Origin: Bacteriovoracaceae bacterium
GTDB taxonomy: Bacteria; Bdellovibrionota; Bacteriovoracia; Bacteriovoracales; Bacteriovoracaceae
Length of the DNA: 64,000 nt
NCBI GenBank assembly: GCA_018649885.1
Contig: JABIHA010000020.1
Location: 1 to 64,000, forward strand
Direction: 5' to 3'
Position 1 is the stretch's first letter; every line of letters begins with the position of its first letter. The notes under the pieces are model-generated. The model saw only the letters and a program-made list of their open reading frames with translations. It did no database searches and was not told the DNA's origin. Below, one piece after another: positions 59,701 to 64,000 of this stretch. Both the position numbers and the translations under genes were made by a program.

Positions 59701-59983
59701 TAAAAAAGATGTTGTGGCCTGTCTAATGGAAAAATTAGGCTGCCCCGAAGGCATTGAGAAAACAAGAAAGCTAAAGACAGCTCTAGCAAAATTTCATAAG
59801 AAAAAGCGTGACCGCTCTAGGCTTAGAAGTGTTTCCAGCTGGATAGCACGTATGAGTATGAAAAGGCCTGAAGTGATCGGTGAGATGATTAAGTATTTTG
59901 GTGAGAGAAGATTCACAACCAAAGTCTATATTTTTGGAGAATTCTTACCTCTTGAAAGCAAAAATATTTACAGAAAAAGATAA
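56705..59983 (+). CDS. large secreted protein: atypical kinase-like domain plus domain X
   Basis: GGAGG RBS, signal peptide. PKLKV...KWK...TEFVAMRIMELMGF, RREVR, GDIKEAHNN, HDLGKSLG. Residues about 638-1085 align with 53297..55066. Confidence 0.75.
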   Translation: MLHKHKILMIILSLTLVFNAFSRIHEDELGLEHSVSLREAVVKDLLAPTLEVDQEKVDIFMEKISRRVSQLFEIEKTTLMSMGEKEKKAKKESAKQDLIIAGRYIIKLSKRLKTLENPTEIQSLAKKILKIESSFVKEGRYNAITEILGVYRVLLFENHDLPLNSKGRELPSNLVNEKTKKYYSRDELRELEAEGVDLSTIDPPNNSFWAKPENVAQVDIVADTKGIPTKFFYSSVKKSDHHPKLKVYSADGEEKTKWKFMIGKQVNTEFVAMRIMELMGFKIDRMYYIKTPTVYFKDKEERDAMLLDWLGFYSAKKELPHMVFKSEGELETPVLNHKGKKYNYYVTFYEAALEDRPKDEERIGSFKLNELGAWERREVRAQLLAQGYIASGDIKEAHNNKIKLVSTGKGEYDVNELIHDLGKSLGNPLVGIQVNDYPFEWIKIKGIGGNKRVHFDYRRYHIINKFKTDKNPFMVGHYSDTKWSARLLAQITKKQLHDIITGSGFPKPLAELYYQKLLTRRDNVVRIFNLEGTKTSDNRVVQLFNTKKIKHLKKELDFDYKGEQVIKNGVLLKNFKDHGFPMQYLGVPGKIGQALVMGLQALVTTISDTELSQKLIPIDLPNRVKESTDEYKTEYFFGLITFKFHRSIETTKARLISEYTYKLTDTFQVRLNLGGKYKTLTIPFQVGVKGNAFVGREYQRIHYVDSRKKAMTAGWGKLLALPFKWRKQLAESRVHEGIQIADIIGIEEGVEGAVGIPTIAQAGVEIEAEQNVLKQTTMIKDANGNVLVADEKGPGYELGASLFTRFFGMDFLQFNHLRYGIFGGHSTVKNYVVDLANADQHMELLRIVRGERLFKGSDLLPLESEEKRDYRGSDAEASVILASRSTHKEGTKKIETFADGTQLRTLHFETERERSSMIRTISARAEAKIKYIGVSDEIDKTSITLHVDIEDPATKNEEFSRYIKLINTLVADEEFIIFTPELFNRDRYEEIVASVDIKFKKDVVACLMEKLGCPEGIEKTRKLKTALAKFHKKKRDRSRLRSVSSWIARMSMKRPEVIGEMIKYFGERRFTTKVYIFGEFLPLESKNIYRKR

Positions 59984-59995
59984 ATTTCGCTTCTA

Positions 59996-60032
59996 TTCCC
60001 AGGACTGTCTTAATAAAAGGCGATCCTGGGAA
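59996..60032 (+). terminator. terminator-like hairpin
   Basis: TTCCCAGGA...TCCTGGGAA stem 13 nt after the stop. Confidence 0.65.
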
Positions 60033-60166
60033 TTATTCGTCAACAACTTGAAAAGATAGTTCTTGATGAGATATTAGAGATCTCTATTAAATTATAAATG
60101 AATTAATCAGCTGGTCTTTTTTACAAAAAAGTTCACTCACTGTAGTAAGTCATCTATCTTCAGTTT

Positions 60167-60763
60167 ATGAAATATCTACTACTTACACTGCTTGTCATGT
60201 GCTCAACTTCAATGGCATGGTCGAAAAAGGTCCGAGCATTCGACTTTGAGTTCAGCCTAGATGATAGGGCGAGCTTCAAAGTTGCACAAATAAAAGTCCT
60301 CGCCGATTTTAACCCCACGATTGAGGGAAATACCCTGTCACCCAGCTGTAAAATCCACAGACTGCACCTTGTACAGATAAGTGCAAAAATGGTCGGTGGT
60401 AACTCTATCGATGTCACAAAGTTTACTCCCACCTATGATTGGACAAAGCTACCTGAGCTTGCTCAGTGGAAAAGAGTGAGTGATAAAGTTCAAGTTGAAA
60501 GAGATGTAACTTGTAATATAAGTTATATAAATACAAGAGGTCCTAGGTATTGCTACAAGGTATCAGCAGTCCTTTCTCAATATCGTGCCGAGGCGAGAAA
60601 GATTGAAGGCTCCTATAAACAACAAAAAGCTCAAAGCATGGAAAATAGTAACTACCTGATTGAGCTTGAAAACAATGTCTTTATTTCTTGTGAAAACATT
60701 CAGACTACAAAAGAATTAGCATCTGCGCTTGGAAACTCACTTACTGTTTACCTCGAAATTTAG
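60167..60763 (+). CDS. secreted hypothetical protein
   Basis: Signal ending MAWS, 4 Cys in the mature part. Confidence 0.75.
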   Translation: MKYLLLTLLVMCSTSMAWSKKVRAFDFEFSLDDRASFKVAQIKVLADFNPTIEGNTLSPSCKIHRLHLVQISAKMVGGNSIDVTKFTPTYDWTKLPELAQWKRVSDKVQVERDVTCNISYINTRGPRYCYKVSAVLSQYRAEARKIEGSYKQQKAQSMENSNYLIELENNVFISCENIQTTKELASALGNSLTVYLEI

Positions 60764-60880
60764 ACAAATTGCTAATACTACAAATTCAAGGCATGGTATG
60801 TATTTTTTTCAGCTTTGTGCTTACCAAGCGACATTTGGTTTCCCTAGCGTTCCCCATAATTTTTATTCATAAAAGGGGAT

Positions 60881-61312
60881 ATGATGAGAACGACAGTAAT
60901 ATTATTGGTCATCTTAATACAATCAGTATACGCCACAGAATCAATCAAAAAATTTTCATGTGAATTAAGTGCCAAAGAAGAGGCAGGAGCAATTGAATTT
61001 CAACTCAAAAATTTTGGCACTGAACAAGAAGAATTTATCTATAGGATGCACCAAGAATATGAAATAGAAGTTCCCTTTTGGACGAGCTCTGATGATGATT
61101 TTTTAAATGGACTAAGCGATACTCTAAGTGGTCAAGGTGGAGATCTAGTTCGTTTAGATGGAGATCTTAGATTTTTTTGAGATGAGGCCGGTTGTAATTT
61201 TGTAAACCTTCACCTCTATAAGAATTCTGATTACACCAAAGGTTACCTTAGCGCAAAATGGGTTTGTGGAACTAAAGACGAAACATTTTATAGCAAAGTT
61301 AATTGCCAATAA
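60881..61312 (+). pseudogene. secreted protein gene interrupted by an in-frame TGA (61178-61180)
   Basis: The same frame continues 43 codons past the TGA (DEAGCNFVNLHLYKNSDYTKGYLSAKWVCGTKDETFYSKVNCQ) to TAA 61312. Confidence 0.7.
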
Positions 61313-61447
61313 AGCAGACTGCTTCACATTTGGACATCAACTAAGAGATTTTTCAAAAACTGTTTCTTGGCCCAGAACCAGGGCCTCGAAATACCATCCC
61401 TACTTAAGTTTACTTAAGAACCTATATTTAAAAACAGTATGAATTGA

Positions 61448-62599
61448 ATGAAAATCTTGCTAAATAGTGAAACTCAACGGGAGATAGAAATCACCGAGAG
61501 CCTAGAGCAGCAAAAATTTTTCCTAGATTCCATCATCGACAATTTGCCGCTGGCCATGTTTTGCAAGGATTACCAGCAGGGAGGTACTTTTGTTGGCTGG
61601 AATAAAACTGCCGAAAGTTTGTGGGGGCTTAAAACTTCAGAAGTTCTTGGAAAATCAGATTCTGATTTTTTTCCAGCTGATCAGTCCAATTTTTTTAAAG
61701 AGAAAGATTTGGAGACTATTGAGTCGGGTAAACTAGTTTTCGTTGAAGAAGAACCAGTTGACTCTCCTGCAACAGGAAAAAGAATAGTAAGGACATGGAA
61801 AGTTCCCATTGGAGACAGATTCTTACTAGGAATATCTCAAGATATTACTGAGCAAAAAAATCTCGAAACTCAGCTAGAGGCCCAAAAGTTAATGGCCATC
61901 CATGCATCCAAAATGGCAAGCCTTGGAGAAATGTCAGGAGGAATTGCTCACGAGATAAATAACCCCCTCGCCATTATTAAAAGCAATCTAAGCCTTCTTC
62001 AAAAATTGCAGCACCAAGGAAAACTTGATAGTGCTACATTTGACTCGCGAATGGAAGTTATCAATACCACTTTTGAAAGAATCAGGTCAGTTGTCGATGG
62101 GCTTAGGCATTTTTCTAGAGACGGTTCAAACGATAGTCTTGACCACATTTTAGTAGAAAATGCCATTAATGATGCAGTAAGTTTATGCAAAGAGAGATTT
62201 AAAAATAAAGGCATAGATCTAAAAGTTTTAATCAAAGAAGATCAGTTATGCTTTTCAGGCAGAAAAGTTCAAATATCCCAAGTTCTAATAAATCTTTTAA
62301 ATAATGCGTTTGCAGCAGTCCAAGGTACTGAAGAACCATGGGTTAAAATCTCTATTAAACATAGTGATGGGCTCATTTCGATCTACATTGATGATAGTGG
62401 AAGGTCCATTAATTCACATATTAAAGAGAAGCTATTTCAACCATTTTTTTCTACAAAAGTTGTCGGTGAAGGCATGGGACTGGGACTAAGTACCAGCAAA
62501 GGCATTATTGAGGATCATGGCGGGAGGATTTACTTTGATGACACTCAAGGTCATACAAGGTTTGTCATTGAGCTAAAGTCCAAAGAGCGTAGGCGATAA
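61448..62599 (+). CDS. cytoplasmic PAS-domain sensor histidine kinase
   Basis: PAS (WNKTAESLWGL..EVLGKSD, DITEQK), H-box GGIAHEINNPL, N-box NLLNNA, DDSG, FFSTK, GMGLGL. Confidence 0.93.
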   Translation: MKILLNSETQREIEITESLEQQKFFLDSIIDNLPLAMFCKDYQQGGTFVGWNKTAESLWGLKTSEVLGKSDSDFFPADQSNFFKEKDLETIESGKLVFVEEEPVDSPATGKRIVRTWKVPIGDRFLLGISQDITEQKNLETQLEAQKLMAIHASKMASLGEMSGGIAHEINNPLAIIKSNLSLLQKLQHQGKLDSATFDSRMEVINTTFERIRSVVDGLRHFSRDGSNDSLDHILVENAINDAVSLCKERFKNKGIDLKVLIKEDQLCFSGRKVQISQVLINLLNNAFAAVQGTEEPWVKISIKHSDGLISIYIDDSGRSINSHIKEKLFQPFFSTKVVGEGMGLGLSTSKGIIEDHGGRIYFDDTQGHTRFVIELKSKERRR

Positions 62600-62663
62600 A
62601 TTTTGACTGAAATCAATCAATTTGATAATGCTTAGTCTCAACTAAATTATTCATGAGGTAGAG

Positions 62664-63215
62664 ATGCGCACCATACTATTACCAATTATGCTTTTGACCT
62701 TTTCACTACAAGCAAATGCAGAAATTTCAGGTCTTGGCTCTTTTGAAGGAAAATACGAAAACCCAAAATCAAAACAAAAAATTGAACTTTTCGAAACACT
62801 TGGAGAATTGGTTGGCACTACATCCATCGCTTACGTCGACTCCAAAGGCGTTCCCACTGGGAAAAAAATTGAATACTTTTTTTCTTTCAAGGAAGTCATT
62901 TCAAAAAACCTGATTAGAGGCAAACTTCAAACATTTGATGATCACTACGATTGTTTCCTAGAAAATGGCGAAGCCTATATCCAAAAAATGCCAGGTAAAA
63001 AAATAAAAATTATCAGCAATAGAGTCATTTTCAACGTGAAAACCTATTATAAGACCAACCAAAGCAGAAGAACTCCTCGCTATTGCCGCTCTCCCTACTC
63101 AGGGTATCGTTACTTCTGTGGTTACCGCTGGCATAAAGAACCAAGAAAGAAAATTGGGCGAAAATGCATCATTAAGCAACGTATAAAAAATGTTGTCGTC
63201 CTAGATCGAAAATAG
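62664..63215 (+). CDS. secreted hypothetical protein
   Basis: GAGG RBS, signal ending QANA. Confidence 0.75.
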   Translation: MRTILLPIMLLTFSLQANAEISGLGSFEGKYENPKSKQKIELFETLGELVGTTSIAYVDSKGVPTGKKIEYFFSFKEVISKNLIRGKLQTFDDHYDCFLENGEAYIQKMPGKKIKIISNRVIFNVKTYYKTNQSRRTPRYCRSPYSGYRYFCGYRWHKEPRKKIGRKCIIKQRIKNVVVLDRK

Positions 63216-63227
63216 CTGCAAATTTTC

Positions 63228-63947
63228 TTACAATGATTTAACTAAGCTATTGTAGGCCTGCTGGTTTTTCTCAAATTCTAAAATTGATTCTTTCAATAAT
63301 TCTTGCGTCACAATTTCAGATTTAATGGACAGCATGTTAATTCTTTCAATCAACTCCCCTTGCCTGTTTAACAGTGACGAAATATGAGTTTGGTCTTCAG
63401 GACCTAGCTTCATTTTTTTGTATTTTTCATTCAATTGTTCAAAATACCATTTTGAAGGAGCAATAATTGTTCCTAAATAATAGAGATCATCTTTATCATA
63501 AGGTTCCTCTATCAAAACTTGAATAAAGATACCTTTTGCCAGGGGAATTAAGTGTAAATGAGAATCAACCCCATTTTTATCAACACTCCAAAAAGAGTCA
63601 GTATCAAATCGCTCTAGTTCAAGTTCATCTTTATCATTACTTGCCTCATCTTGATCAAAGCACAGCATTTGATTTTCACAATAAAAAGTAATGTCCTCAA
63701 TTGTCTCATCAGCCTCAATGCTGTAGCCAGAGGTCACTGGCAAATGCTCTTCCTTATCATCAGTATATGAATATAGCGGTTTTAAAATCAAAGTATCGAC
63801 CTGTGGTTTAGTATTTTCACCCATATAAAAGAATGCGATTTTTCTATATTTGTTAAATAAATCATCATCTTCGCTTTCAATTTCTACAGGTTTTTCCGAG
63901 CTAATGTATCCGGTTACAATTTCCAAGGCCAACTGTCTTATTTCCAC
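63228..63947 (-). CDS. acidic hypothetical protein
   Basis: 239-aa open frame convergent with 62664..63215. No motif recognised. Confidence 0.65.
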   Translation of the reverse strand: MEIRQLALEIVTGYISSEKPVEIESEDDDLFNKYRKIAFFYMGENTKPQVDTLILKPLYSYTDDKEEHLPVTSGYSIEADETIEDITFYCENQMLCFDQDEASNDKDELELERFDTDSFWSVDKNGVDSHLHLIPLAKGIFIQVLIEEPYDKDDLYYLGTIIAPSKWYFEQLNEKYKKMKLGPEDQTHISSLLNRQGELIERINMLSIKSEIVTQELLKESILEFEKNQQAYNSLVKSL

Positions 63948-64000
63948 GCATTCTTTTCTCTTAGCACTTGAAATTTGATACTGAGTACAATTCCAGTAAG

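Noticed and set aside
61178..61180. Selenocysteine or genome-wide TGA recoding
   Set aside because: TGA is a real stop in several ATGA-coupled genes (15764, 28284, 50967), and there is no redox motif or clear SECIS hairpin.
1003..62913. Many short ORF-track entries nested in or antisense to long genes (e.g. 1003-1359, 12086-12559, 25299-25646, 54703-54948, 60160-60432)
   Set aside because: Shadow frames of well-supported genes, with no motifs or RBS.
1..64000. CRISPR arrays, tRNA/rRNA, IS/transposase, integrase, prophage
   Set aside because: No regularly spaced repeats, cloverleaf/T-loop motifs, or transposase, integrase or phage motifs seen by eye.

Overview
AT-rich bacterial genomic DNA, probably from a Bdellovibrionota / Bacteriovorax-like predator. 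That assignment is inferred from two 'YSLRxFA' HTH regulators and many short secreted hypothetical proteins. I saw no rRNA, tRNA, CRISPR array or mobile element. Two regions stand out. (1) 8161-29963 is a ~22-gene type II FAS/PKS cluster of the aryl-polyene/flexirubin type. It has 3 KS, 2 CLF-like proteins, 2 ACP, FabG, 2 dehydratases, an MIO ammonia-lyase, an AMP-ligase, a flavin halogenase, FabI, a CrtI-like oxidoreductase, MMPL/LolA export, a C45 hydrolase and a GT2-DUF2062-acyltransferase fusion, but no recognisable DarAB, methyltransferase or thioesterase. (2) 49597-59983 is the best candidate for an undescribed system. A sigma54-like promoter precedes a HEAT-repeat protein with a BamD-like C-terminus, which is translationally coupled to a divergent 5-POTRA BamA paralogue. 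Next come a secreted 589-aa beta-rich protein, a porin-like beta-barrel, and a secreted 1092-aa protein that fuses an atypical kinase-like domain to a second copy of the 589-aa protein's domain. Smaller items are a GNAT-cNMP/M20 pair, two exported CYTH proteins, several secreted hydrolases, a DUF6345-like His-Cys protease pair, a gene frameshifted by a 7-bp repeat, and a gene with an in-frame TGA. All family calls come from motif recognition by eye; no searches were run.
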